Below, piece by piece: positions 16,411 to 25,475 of a stretch of 64,000 nt of DNA. How positions within the stretch are numbered: position 1 is the stretch's first letter; every line of letters begins with the position of its first letter. The DNA comes from Paludibacteraceae bacterium (GTDB lineage: Bacteria > Bacteroidota > Bacteroidia > Bacteroidales > Paludibacteraceae): NCBI GenBank assembly GCA_045587145.1, contig JAZNBO010000038.1, positions 4,275 to 68,274 of the forward strand, written 5' to 3'. The notes below the pieces were generated by a model that was not told the origin of the DNA, did no database searches, and saw nothing but the letters and a program-made list of their open reading frames with translations. A program made the position numbers and the translations under genes.

Positions 16411-19400
16411 GTGAAAAAACTGATAATCATATTACTGGCGATTGGCAATGGACTATTGGCAATTGCGCAAGAAGATTCGTTGGCAATGGTAGTAGATACT
16501 GCCATCATGGCACCTATGCAAGTAAAAGGAGTAGGAGTGAACAACTACGACGACTTGAATAGAGTGCATAGTAGTTTGGATCTGCAAGACCCGGAGAATG
16601 TCAATACAACGATCGAGTATGACCCCCTAACCGGTGGTTACGTCGTGCGCACGCGCATGGGCGATGTGGAGATTGCTACTCCCTACATGATGACTGCAGA
16701 GGAGTATCGTACCTACTCCGAAAAACAAGAGATGGGGAAATTCTGGCAAGGGAAAATCAGCGAAGTAGAACACGATAACGAGAGCAAATTTGATATTACC
16801 GATATGAAATTCAATATCGGACCTGCCGATAAAGTTTTTGGTCCTGGCGGCGTACAAGTGAAACTGCAAGGATCGGCTGAACTGCTCTTTGGTTTTAAAC
16901 ACCAATTCATAGACAACCCCGCGCTGACACAACGTTCGCGAAACAACAATATCTTTGACTTTGACGAGAAAATCCAATTGAGCGTGAACGGAAAAGTAGG
17001 TGAGAAACTGAACTTCAACATGAGTTACAACACCGAAGCATCGTTCAGCTTTGACCAACAGAACCTAAAACTGAACTTCAAGGGTCAAGAAGATGATATT
17101 ATCCAATCCTTAGAGGCGGGTAATGTATCCATGACCCTAAACAACAGTTTGATACGCGGTAGTAGCGCACTATTCGGCGTGAAAGCAGATATGAAATTCG
17201 GCAAACTGCGTGTGCAAGCATTGGTGTCGCAGCAGAACTCAGAAAGCCAAACTGTCAGCAGTAAAGGCGGTGCACAGACAACGAACTTTGAGGTGCCAAT
17301 TGACAGTTACGATGAGAATCGACATTTCTTCCTGAGTTACTATTTCCGTGATAACTATGAGCAAGCAATGAAAGCATTGCCATACATCGCGAGCGGCGTG
17401 ACTATCAATCGCATTGAGGTGTGGGTGACAAATAAGCGAGCAAACTACGACGAGGCACGCAATATCGTAGCATTGACCGACTTGGGAGAGTACGACCCAG
17501 TGCATATCCAAAACATACAGTGGAACACTGTATCAGGTGCGCGCACTCCATATAACAAAGCCAATACTCTCTACGAGGTATTGACACAAAGCAATCCTGC
17601 GGTACGTGACATTCAGCAGGTGAGCAGCGTGATGCAATCCATAGGAATGGACGTGAGCGAAGACTATGAGAAAATAGAATCAGCACGCCTATTAAGCAGT
17701 AGTGAATATACACTGAATGCAGCATTAGGTTACATCTCTCTGAAAGCAGCGTTGAACCAAGATGAGGTCTTGGCAGTAGCATACGAATATACCTACGCTG
17801 GACAAGTATATCAAGTGGGTGAGTTCTCAACCGATGCCGGAGAATCGCTGAAAGCACCCAACGCCCTGCTGCTGAAAATGCTGAAAAGTAGCAACAATGC
17901 ACCTATCGCAAAAAACAAAGGCACATGGGACCTCATGATGAAAAACATCTATTCCATCGGAGCAAGTCAGATGAGTAGCGATAAGTTTGAGTTATACGTG
18001 CAATACCGCAACGACTCTGTGGGTACGGATATGCAGTACCTCATGGAAGGTGCTATCAAAGGCAAACAGTTGATTCGCGTAATGGGCATGGATAGATTGG
18101 ATTCGCGCAACAATGCCTCACCCGATGGACGATTTGACTATGTGGAAGGATACACAGCATTGTCGTCTTCGGGACGAATCATTTTCCCCGTATTGGAGCC
18201 TTTTGGTAGTCACTTGAAACGCGAGATCGGTGATCCGAAGGTGGCAGAAAAATATGTCTTCCAAGAGTTGTATGACTCCACCCTAGTGAGCGCGCAAGAA
18301 TATACCGAGAAGAATAAGTTTGCCTTGGTCGGTAAATACAAAGGCTCATCGGGTAACGAGATTCGCCTAAACGCAATGAACGTTCCCCGCGGAAGTGTGG
18401 TGGTAACAGCCGGTGGCGCGACTCTGATAGAGAACGTGGATTACACCGTGGACTATACCATGGGAACCGTGACGATATTGAATCAGTCCATCTTGGAGTC
18501 TGGAACGAATGTCGATGTAAAATTGGAGAATCAAGCCCTATTCTCTATGCAACGTAAATCACTATTCGGTGCGAACTTGCAATATGAGTTTAATAAGGAC
18601 TTTACGATTGGCGGTACCATTATGCACTTGAACGAACGTCCAATCACGACCAAAGTTAATACAGGTAGCGAGCCGTTGGCAAATACTGTGTGGGGCGTGA
18701 ATGCGAATTGGAAGACGGAAATGCAATGGCTGACCCTGCTCATTGACAAAGTGCCATGGATCAATGCTACCGCACCTTCTACCTTCCAAATCAATGCGGA
18801 GTTTGCTCACCTGATACCAGGTCACACCAAAGAAGTGGGACAAGTAGGTACAGCATACATTGACGACTTTGAAGCAACTAAGACCAACATCGATATTCAT
18901 TATCCAAGTTATTGGCGATTGGCTTCTACACCGCGTTCGGATAATTTCCCTGAGTATGCATTGAGCGATTCCGTAGCCTACAACAAGAATCGTGCGCTTT
19001 TGGCGTGGTACACAGTGGACCCTATCTTTGGTAAACCAAGTAGCAACACGCCTAAACACATTAAGGATAACATAGAACTCATGTGCGACCATCGCACACG
19101 TACTGTGTATGAGCAAGAGGTGTACCCTAACAAACAAGTGATGGCAAATGCCGATACACGATTGCCCGTACTGAACCTGAGTTACTACCCCGATGAGCGT
19201 GGTCCGTACAATATCTCTGCTGATGAGATAGGTCGTGACGGTAAATTGACAAATCCACAAGATCGTTGGGGTGGTATCATGCGAAAGTTGGATAACACCG
19301 ATTTTGAGAAAGCCAATATAGAGTATATCGAATTTTGGTTAATGGACCCATTCTTGACCAATCCAGATGCGGCATATACAGGTGGTGACTTATACATAGA

Positions 19401-22400
19401 CTTAGGTGATATAAGCGAAGATATTCTGCGCGATGGCAAGAAGAGCTTTGAGCATGGATTACCATTGAATGAGGCAGATGAAAAACAGACAGAGAGTACC
19501 GTTTGGGGACGTATGTCACGCACTACAAGCACTGTGGTGGCGTTTGCCAATGAGGCAGGAGCGAGAAGCAAACAAGACGTCGGCATAGATGGATTGACCA
19601 CCATACAAGAGATGGATCCGATGTATCTCTATTACAATGGTCGCAACCCGTATGTGGAATATCTCAAAGCCTTGGAAGCGAAAGTGGATCCTGCGGTATG
19701 GGAGATGTGGGATACAGATGAGTTTTCTCCAAGAAGAGACCCCGCAGGTGATAACTACCACTACTACCGTGGTGATGACTACGACGAGCAAGAAACACCA
19801 ATCCTATTGCGCTATAAACGCTATAATGGTACAGAGGGTAACTCGCCAGAAGCGCAGGAGAATGAACGCTATGGTAGTGCATCAACCCTGTATCCTGATA
19901 TAGAGGATATTAACAATGATAATACACTCAACGATGGCGAGCGTTTCTATCGTTATCGTATCTCGTTGCGTCCACAAGATATGCAACGCGTAGGACAACA
20001 ACACATTGCTAGCATCATGGAAACGACAGTGAAACTGCGCAACGATGAGATGGCAACGGTGAAGTGGTATCAATTTAAGATTCCATTGAAAGGCGATAGT
20101 GCAACTGTACAGAAAGTGGGTAATATCCGCAATTTCAAGTCAATTCGTTTTGCGCGAATCTTTATGACCAATTTCAGACAAGAGACACACATACGTTTTG
20201 CATCGTTCGACTTGGTGCGTGGCGAGTGGCGTAACTATACCAAAGGTTTGTATCAAGATGTGGCCAATAATCAATACAATATAGCCAATCCTTATACTTC
20301 GGTGGGTACATTGGACGTACAGGCAGTGAATATAGAAGAGAACTCTAACCGTACACCTGTAAACTATGTGTTACCCCCTGGTATATCGCGTCAGACAGAC
20401 CCAGGACAAGCACAATTGATTGCACAAAATGAGCAAGCAATGGTGCTAAAACTGAACTATTTGCCAGTGAAAGACGCACGCGCTGTGTACAAGAATGTGA
20501 CATACGATATGCGACAATACAAACGCTTGCAGATGTTTGTACACGCAGAGTGTATGCCAGACTTTGAACCAATACAAGATAATGAACTCACATGCTTTAT
20601 CCGTTTGGGTTCGGATTTGAAGAACAACTACTACGAGTATGAAATACCATTGTCACTCACACCAGAAGGATTCTATAACGACAATAGTGCGGAAGATAGA
20701 TTGAAAGTGTGGTTGGAGAAGAATACCTTTGATTTCCCATTGAGCGTCTTCACCGATGCAAAGATGGCTCGCAACAAATCGAAACGTGCTGGCAATACCA
20801 ATGTGGGTAATACCATACCGTATGTAGTATACGACCCTGAGAAGTTGGATAATAAGATTACAGTCTTAGGTAATCCAACCTTAGAAGATGTGCAAGCCAT
20901 CATGATTGGTGTGCGCAACAACAGTAATCGCGAGGTGAGCGGTGAAGTATGGGTCAATGAGCTGCGTCTCAGTCAGTTTAATGAGCAGGGCGGTGTGGCT
21001 GCTATGGCAAATGCGGCACTAAGCGTGAGCGATATTGCACAAGTGAACGTGGCAGGACGTTTGGAGACCGCAGGATATGGTTCGATAGAATCAAACGTGT
21101 TGGACCGCAACATGGAGAATATGTATCAACTATCCGTGAGTGCTGCATTAGAGGCCGGACGTCTCTTCCCTGAGAAAGCAAAACTGCAAATACCGCTGTA
21201 TGTATCATATACCAATGAGACATTGTCGCCTAACTACGATCCATTGGATACGGATATAAAACTCTCGGAGAGTTTGGAGAATTATGAGACAAAAGCAGAA
21301 CGCGATTCTATCAAAGAAATGGCGAACACGGTACAAGAGGCTACTAGTTTCTCGGTGACAAATATGAAACTAGATATCCATTCTAAAAAGCAGAATATGT
21401 TCTATGACCCAGCTAACTTCTCTGTATCGGCAAGCTATAACAAGCAAAATCAACATACTCCTGAGATAGAGCAAGATATTGTGACCGATCAAAAGGGTTC
21501 GTTCAACTATTCATTTAACTTCAACCCAAAGCCTTGGGAACCATTTAAGAATGTGAAAGGGGTGGACAAAGTGAAGTTCTTGAAGGAGATGAACTTCTAC
21601 TATCTACCCCAATCCTGGGCGTTCAATACCACTATGCACCGTACTTACACCCATTTGAAGATGCGTGATTTCAGCGTGGAAGCGACCGGTGCAGCGGATA
21701 TGGATCTGACATTCTCCAAAGACTTTACATGGGATCGCAATTTCGACTTTAAGTACGACTTGACGAAGAACATGAAGTTCACATTCCAAACCGCAATGAA
21801 CTCAACCGTAGATGAAGGATACTACACGCCAGAGATAATTCGTGATTATGCCTTCACCAATGATTATTACGAGGCATGGAAAGATACTATCCAACGCAGT
21901 TTGGCAACATGGGGAAATCCATATACGTATCAACAACTTTTTTCCGCTTCGTGGAATATACCATTCAATCGTATCCCTTACTTAGAGGCTCTGACAGCCA
22001 ACGGCTCGTACAATGCAACCTACAATTGGAATAGGACAATGCAATCTTCTTCTGCAGCAGAAACAACCAACTTGGGTAATGTTGTAAGCAGCACACGAGC
22101 TTGGCAAGTGGACGGAGGCTTGAATTTTGAAACATTGTACGGCAAGTCTAAATACTGGAAGCAGATGACACAACGCTTCAATCAACGTGCACGTCGTCGT
22201 CCATTCCGTTCAAAGAGTTACGATGAGGTTGTTACACTGGTGGCAGGCGAACCTAAGGAAATTAATCACCGTTTGGGCAGTGAGACAGTAGAGGTGATGG
22301 CTACAACAGAGAGTGGTAAACCGGTGAAAGTAAAAGTGCAGTCCACCACATCTACGCAAGTAACGATTGTGTCAAAGAGCAATGTAGAAAATGTGAAACT

Positions 22401-23874
22401 GACTGTTAAAACTACGGATCAAAATCAGCGTAGTGCAGCAGAAAAAGCGATGGATATGGCAGCATACTTTGGTACGATGTTGCGTAAAGTACAGGTGACT
22501 TATCGCAATACCAATTCGCTCACCTTGCCTGGCTTCGCTCCACAGGCGGGATTTATGGGACAGAATAAGTATAATGACTTGTACGCCCCTGGATTTGACT
22601 TCGCGTTCGGATTCTTCGATGATGGTTTTGTGGAGAAAGCTAAGAATAATGGTTGGCTCTCTGGCGATACGACCGTGGTGCAACCTGCCACACGCACAAT
22701 GACCAACGACTTTGATGTGAAAGTGACAGTCGAACCATTCCCTGGTTTCAAGATTCAAGTGAATGGTAAGCGCTATGCGGCAGAGTCATCATCTATTATT
22801 TACTCGTTCGACCAATTGCAGGAGAATATGACAGGATCGTTCAATATCACGCAAGTGGCTATCGGTACTGCCTTCCAAAAGATTGGTTCGGTGGACGAAA
22901 ACTTTGCATCGGAGGTGTTTGACCAATTCTTGAATAACCGCGATATTATGACCAATCGTGTGCAACAACAGTATGAGGGTATGAACTATCCAAATGCAGG
23001 CTTTATACCAACCGAGTTGCGCGGTAAGAAATATGATCGCAAGTATGGTACAGTGGGAAATAATACAGCCGATGTGTTGGTACCTGCGTTCTTAGCGGCA
23101 TACACAGGACGCGACCCATATAGTGTGAAACTGAATCCGTTTATGAGTTTGCTACAAGTATTACCTAACTGGTCTGTGACATTCGATGGTTTGGGCAAAC
23201 TGCCATGGATGCGTGATAATTTCAAGTCGGTGAATATCACTCATGCTTATACCTGTAAGTACGCTATTGGTAGTTATTCAAGTTATTCTACTTGGACACC
23301 TGCTGGCGAATTGAGCAACAAGCATGTCGGCTTCGTGCGCGATGTGGAGACTGAGAACCCAATCCCTTCTTCAGCATACGACATTTCGTCGGTGACACTG
23401 TCGGAGAGTTTCTCCCCATTGATTGGTTTGAACATGACAATGAAGAACTCGCTCTCTGCAAAGGTGGAATATCGCAAGCAACGCAATGTGTCGCTGAATA
23501 TCAACTCTGTACAAATCAGCGAGGGACATACCAATGAGTTTGTGATTGGTGCAGGATATACGATAAAGGATTTGAGTTTCATTGCTAAGTCAGGCGATAG
23601 CCAAAAGAAAGTTAGCAACGACTTGAAACTGAACGTAGATGTTAGTTATAAGGATATCAAGACCCTATTGCGTAAGGTAGAAGAAGGTATTACACAGGCA
23701 AGTTCAGGTAATAAAGTGTTTGGTATAAAGATTAGTGCAGATTACGTGCTATCTCAGAAGATAAATCTGCAACTCTTCTATGATCACCAAGGTACTACAC
23801 CGCTTATCTCGTCGTCTTACCCAACTAAGGCAGACAATTTTGGTATCAATATCAAATTGATGCTGACGAGATAA
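16411..23874 (+). CDS. sprA: T9SS translocon SprA/Sov
   Basis: 2487-aa signal-peptide protein, size and beta-rich composition as SprA; ruvA-sprA neighbourhood; GTG start. Confidence 0.8.
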   Translation: MKKLIIILLAIGNGLLAIAQEDSLAMVVDTAIMAPMQVKGVGVNNYDDLNRVHSSLDLQDPENVNTTIEYDPLTGGYVVRTRMGDVEIATPYMMTAEEYRTYSEKQEMGKFWQGKISEVEHDNESKFDITDMKFNIGPADKVFGPGGVQVKLQGSAELLFGFKHQFIDNPALTQRSRNNNIFDFDEKIQLSVNGKVGEKLNFNMSYNTEASFSFDQQNLKLNFKGQEDDIIQSLEAGNVSMTLNNSLIRGSSALFGVKADMKFGKLRVQALVSQQNSESQTVSSKGGAQTTNFEVPIDSYDENRHFFLSYYFRDNYEQAMKALPYIASGVTINRIEVWVTNKRANYDEARNIVALTDLGEYDPVHIQNIQWNTVSGARTPYNKANTLYEVLTQSNPAVRDIQQVSSVMQSIGMDVSEDYEKIESARLLSSSEYTLNAALGYISLKAALNQDEVLAVAYEYTYAGQVYQVGEFSTDAGESLKAPNALLLKMLKSSNNAPIAKNKGTWDLMMKNIYSIGASQMSSDKFELYVQYRNDSVGTDMQYLMEGAIKGKQLIRVMGMDRLDSRNNASPDGRFDYVEGYTALSSSGRIIFPVLEPFGSHLKREIGDPKVAEKYVFQELYDSTLVSAQEYTEKNKFALVGKYKGSSGNEIRLNAMNVPRGSVVVTAGGATLIENVDYTVDYTMGTVTILNQSILESGTNVDVKLENQALFSMQRKSLFGANLQYEFNKDFTIGGTIMHLNERPITTKVNTGSEPLANTVWGVNANWKTEMQWLTLLIDKVPWINATAPSTFQINAEFAHLIPGHTKEVGQVGTAYIDDFEATKTNIDIHYPSYWRLASTPRSDNFPEYALSDSVAYNKNRALLAWYTVDPIFGKPSSNTPKHIKDNIELMCDHRTRTVYEQEVYPNKQVMANADTRLPVLNLSYYPDERGPYNISADEIGRDGKLTNPQDRWGGIMRKLDNTDFEKANIEYIEFWLMDPFLTNPDAAYTGGDLYIDLGDISEDILRDGKKSFEHGLPLNEADEKQTESTVWGRMSRTTSTVVAFANEAGARSKQDVGIDGLTTIQEMDPMYLYYNGRNPYVEYLKALEAKVDPAVWEMWDTDEFSPRRDPAGDNYHYYRGDDYDEQETPILLRYKRYNGTEGNSPEAQENERYGSASTLYPDIEDINNDNTLNDGERFYRYRISLRPQDMQRVGQQHIASIMETTVKLRNDEMATVKWYQFKIPLKGDSATVQKVGNIRNFKSIRFARIFMTNFRQETHIRFASFDLVRGEWRNYTKGLYQDVANNQYNIANPYTSVGTLDVQAVNIEENSNRTPVNYVLPPGISRQTDPGQAQLIAQNEQAMVLKLNYLPVKDARAVYKNVTYDMRQYKRLQMFVHAECMPDFEPIQDNELTCFIRLGSDLKNNYYEYEIPLSLTPEGFYNDNSAEDRLKVWLEKNTFDFPLSVFTDAKMARNKSKRAGNTNVGNTIPYVVYDPEKLDNKITVLGNPTLEDVQAIMIGVRNNSNREVSGEVWVNELRLSQFNEQGGVAAMANAALSVSDIAQVNVAGRLETAGYGSIESNVLDRNMENMYQLSVSAALEAGRLFPEKAKLQIPLYVSYTNETLSPNYDPLDTDIKLSESLENYETKAERDSIKEMANTVQEATSFSVTNMKLDIHSKKQNMFYDPANFSVSASYNKQNQHTPEIEQDIVTDQKGSFNYSFNFNPKPWEPFKNVKGVDKVKFLKEMNFYYLPQSWAFNTTMHRTYTHLKMRDFSVEATGAADMDLTFSKDFTWDRNFDFKYDLTKNMKFTFQTAMNSTVDEGYYTPEIIRDYAFTNDYYEAWKDTIQRSLATWGNPYTYQQLFSASWNIPFNRIPYLEALTANGSYNATYNWNRTMQSSSAAETTNLGNVVSSTRAWQVDGGLNFETLYGKSKYWKQMTQRFNQRARRRPFRSKSYDEVVTLVAGEPKEINHRLGSETVEVMATTESGKPVKVKVQSTTSTQVTIVSKSNVENVKLTVKTTDQNQRSAAEKAMDMAAYFGTMLRKVQVTYRNTNSLTLPGFAPQAGFMGQNKYNDLYAPGFDFAFGFFDDGFVEKAKNNGWLSGDTTVVQPATRTMTNDFDVKVTVEPFPGFKIQVNGKRYAAESSSIIYSFDQLQENMTGSFNITQVAIGTAFQKIGSVDENFASEVFDQFLNNRDIMTNRVQQQYEGMNYPNAGFIPTELRGKKYDRKYGTVGNNTADVLVPAFLAAYTGRDPYSVKLNPFMSLLQVLPNWSVTFDGLGKLPWMRDNFKSVNITHAYTCKYAIGSYSSYSTWTPAGELSNKHVGFVRDVETENPIPSSAYDISSVTLSESFSPLIGLNMTMKNSLSAKVEYRKQRNVSLNINSVQISEGHTNEFVIGAGYTIKDLSFIAKSGDSQKKVSNDLKLNVDVSYKDIKTLLRKVEEGITQASSGNKVFGIKISADYVLSQKINLQLFYDHQGTTPLISSSYPTKADNFGINIKLMLTR
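16437..16468. repeat. GGCnATTGG-type array encoding the sprA signal-peptide h-region (LLAIGNGLLAIAQ)
   Basis: GGCGATTGGCAATGGACTATTGGCAATTGCGC; same word family as 51309-51345. Confidence 0.6.
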
Positions 23875-23877
23875 CAT

Positions 23878-23912
23878 CGTGCCTTTACACCTTACACTAT
23901 TCACTATAAACT
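23878..23912. repeat. C/A-strand word array (CCTTTACAC CTTACAC TATTCAC TATAAAC) just upstream of the ATPase start
   Basis: Reverse complement matches GTGTAAGGTGTAAAGGCACG at 28364-28386. Confidence 0.65.
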
Positions 23913-23915
23913 AAA

Positions 23916-24398
23916 ATGTTTAAGGTTGGTATTATCGGCCCTGAGTCCACAGGCAAGAGTACGCTTGCACAGTATTTGGCCACTCAACATGGTGGATTGT
24001 TCGTTTCCGAGCATGCGCGCGTATATTTAGAGGAGCGAGCGCGCGAGCACGGGAGCGCATACGCGTACACGCGCGAAGATGTGTTGCGCATAGCAGAATA
24101 TCAGGTAGAACAACTTCGTGAACTGTCTCAGCAAGAGGGAGTGGCGTTTTTTGATACAGAACTGATAATCACAAAAGTGTGGTTTGAGCACAAATATGGT
24201 GAGTGTCCTTCGTTTGTAGAAGATGCCTTGCACCAATATCCGATGGACGTGTACTTGTTGTGTTATCCCGATTTGGAGTGGGAACCTGACCCCGTGCGCG
24301 AGAACCCTAATATACGCGAGTACCTATTTGATTGGTATGAGCGTGAGATTCAAGCATTAGACATACCGTATTATATTGTTCGGCATAGTGTAGGGTAG
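23916..24398 (+). CDS. P-loop ATPase/kinase (NadR C-terminal-domain-like)
   Basis: Walker A GPESTGKST; 160 aa. Confidence 0.55.
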   Translation: MFKVGIIGPESTGKSTLAQYLATQHGGLFVSEHARVYLEERAREHGSAYAYTREDVLRIAEYQVEQLRELSQQEGVAFFDTELIITKVWFEHKYGECPSFVEDALHQYPMDVYLLCYPDLEWEPDPVRENPNIREYLFDWYEREIQALDIPYYIVRHSVG

Positions 24399-24452
24399 GG
24401 TTGTATAGGGTAGTGTAGGATGGTGTAGAGTTGTATAAGGTAGTGCAAGATG
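24387..24452. repeat. 10-bp-phased GTGTAGG/GTATAGG array; supplies the last codons (HSVG) and stop of the ATPase gene
   Basis: AGTGTAGGGTAGGGTTGTATAGGGTAGTGTAGGATGGTGTAGAGTTGTATAAGGTAGTGCAAGATGG. Confidence 0.8.
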
Positions 24453-24470
24453 GAAATAGTATAAATAACA

Positions 24471-24497
24471 AAGAAGACCGCTATTAGCGGTCTTCTT
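24471..24497. terminator. Bidirectional terminator hairpin (ATPase gene and tRNA-Arg)
   Basis: AAGAAGACCGC-TATTA-GCGGTCTTCTT. Confidence 0.8.
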
Positions 24498-24500
24498 CTG

Positions 24501-24574
24501 TGATCCGTGCAGGATTCAAACCTGCAACCCCCACATCCGTAGTGTGGTACTCTATTCAGTTGAGCTAACGGACC
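24501..24574 (-). tRNA. tRNA-Arg (anticodon ACG), no encoded CCA
   Basis: Hand-folded cloverleaf: acceptor GGTCCGT/ACGGATC, anticodon stem CCACA/TGTGG, loop CTACGGA, T arm GCAGG-TTTGAAT-CCTGC; 74 nt. Confidence 0.85.
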
Positions 24575-24579
24575 ATTGC

Positions 24580-24632
24580 TTTTCAAAAGCGAGTGCAAAG
24601 GTACTGCTTTTTTTTGATATGACCAAATATTT
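24580..24632 (-). promoter_or_regulatory. tRNA-Arg promoter plus conserved leader
   Basis: Minus-sense AAAATATTTGGTCATAT, spacer, then GTACCTTTGCACTCGCTTTTGAAAA; the 25-nt string is identical to 58809-58833. Confidence 0.75.
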
Positions 24633-24698
24633 TGGCAAAAAAATGCAAAATAACCTCAAATTACTCCTTTTTTGTAGTTCTCAATGAGCAAAAAGGGA

Positions 24699-25238
24699 CT
24701 ATTTTCTCAAAGTGTAGAGAGATGGAAGGTTACGCCCTTTCTCGTCGAAGTCCAATCCATAACCTAAAACAAATTTGGTAGGGATAGATTTGCCAATGTA
24801 TTTAGGTGTAGCGTCTGGGAATTGCAGCGAGTCAGGTTTGAAGAGGAAGGAAGTCAGTTCGACTGAGGCTGCACCTTCTTCTTTGAGTTGTTGGATAAAA
24901 CCATGCATAGTAAGACCCGTGTCCACAATATCTTCGATGACAATCACGTCGCGACCTTTGACAGTGGTTTGCAGCGGAATCAACATATTTACTTTGCCTG
25001 TTGTGGCTGTACCTTCGTAGGATTTGAGACGAACGAAAGTGATTTCAGCAGGTAGGGTAATGTGTTTAAACAGATCGGAAGCATACACAAATGCACCATT
25101 CAGGACACAGATGAAAAGTGGTTCGCGACCTGCATAGTCTGTGTTGATACGTTCTGCCACTTCGGATACGATTGTGGCAATCTCTTGTTGGGATAAATAC
25201 TCATCAAAGATGAGATTATTGACAGTAACACTCTGCAT
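24699..25238 (-). CDS. hpt: Hypoxanthine phosphoribosyltransferase
   Basis: PRPP-binding motif VIVIEDIVDTGLT; 179 aa. Confidence 0.9.
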   Translation of the reverse strand: MQSVTVNNLIFDEYLSQQEIATIVSEVAERINTDYAGREPLFICVLNGAFVYASDLFKHITLPAEITFVRLKSYEGTATTGKVNMLIPLQTTVKGRDVIVIEDIVDTGLTMHGFIQQLKEEGAASVELTSFLFKPDSLQFPDATPKYIGKSIPTKFVLGYGLDFDEKGRNLPSLYTLRK

Positions 25239-25264
25239 GGTTGAAGAATAATTTCAAATTAAAG

Positions 25265-25300
25265 CACAAAAGTACTGCTTTTTCGGGATATTTGCAAGTG
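25265..25300 (-). promoter_or_regulatory. Bacteroidota promoter for hpt
   Basis: Minus-sense CTTGCAAATATC, spacer, then TACTTTTG. Confidence 0.6.
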
Positions 25301-25344
25301 AAAATATATTTTACAAAGAAAAATATATCATAAAATGTATTTCT

Positions 25345-25378
25345 TTTTGCGTAATTGAAAAAAAAGTAGTACCTTTGT
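25345..25378 (+). promoter_or_regulatory. Bacteroidota promoter for the phosphoglucomutase gene
   Basis: TTTTGCGTAATT, spacer, then TACCTTTG at 25370-25377. Confidence 0.65.
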
Positions 25379-25390
25379 AGGCGATAAAGT

Positions 25391-25442
25391 AGGCAATAGG
25401 TGATGGGCAATAGGTGATGGGCTATTGGTTATTGGCTATGGT
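25391..25442. repeat. GGCAATAGG/GGCTATTGG 8-bp-type array in the pgm 5' UTR
   Basis: AGGCAATAGGTGATGGGCAATAGGTGATGGGCTATTGGTTATTGGCTATGG. Confidence 0.85.
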
Positions 25443-25475
25443 AGATAAGAGATAATAATTTAAAGAAATACAACA

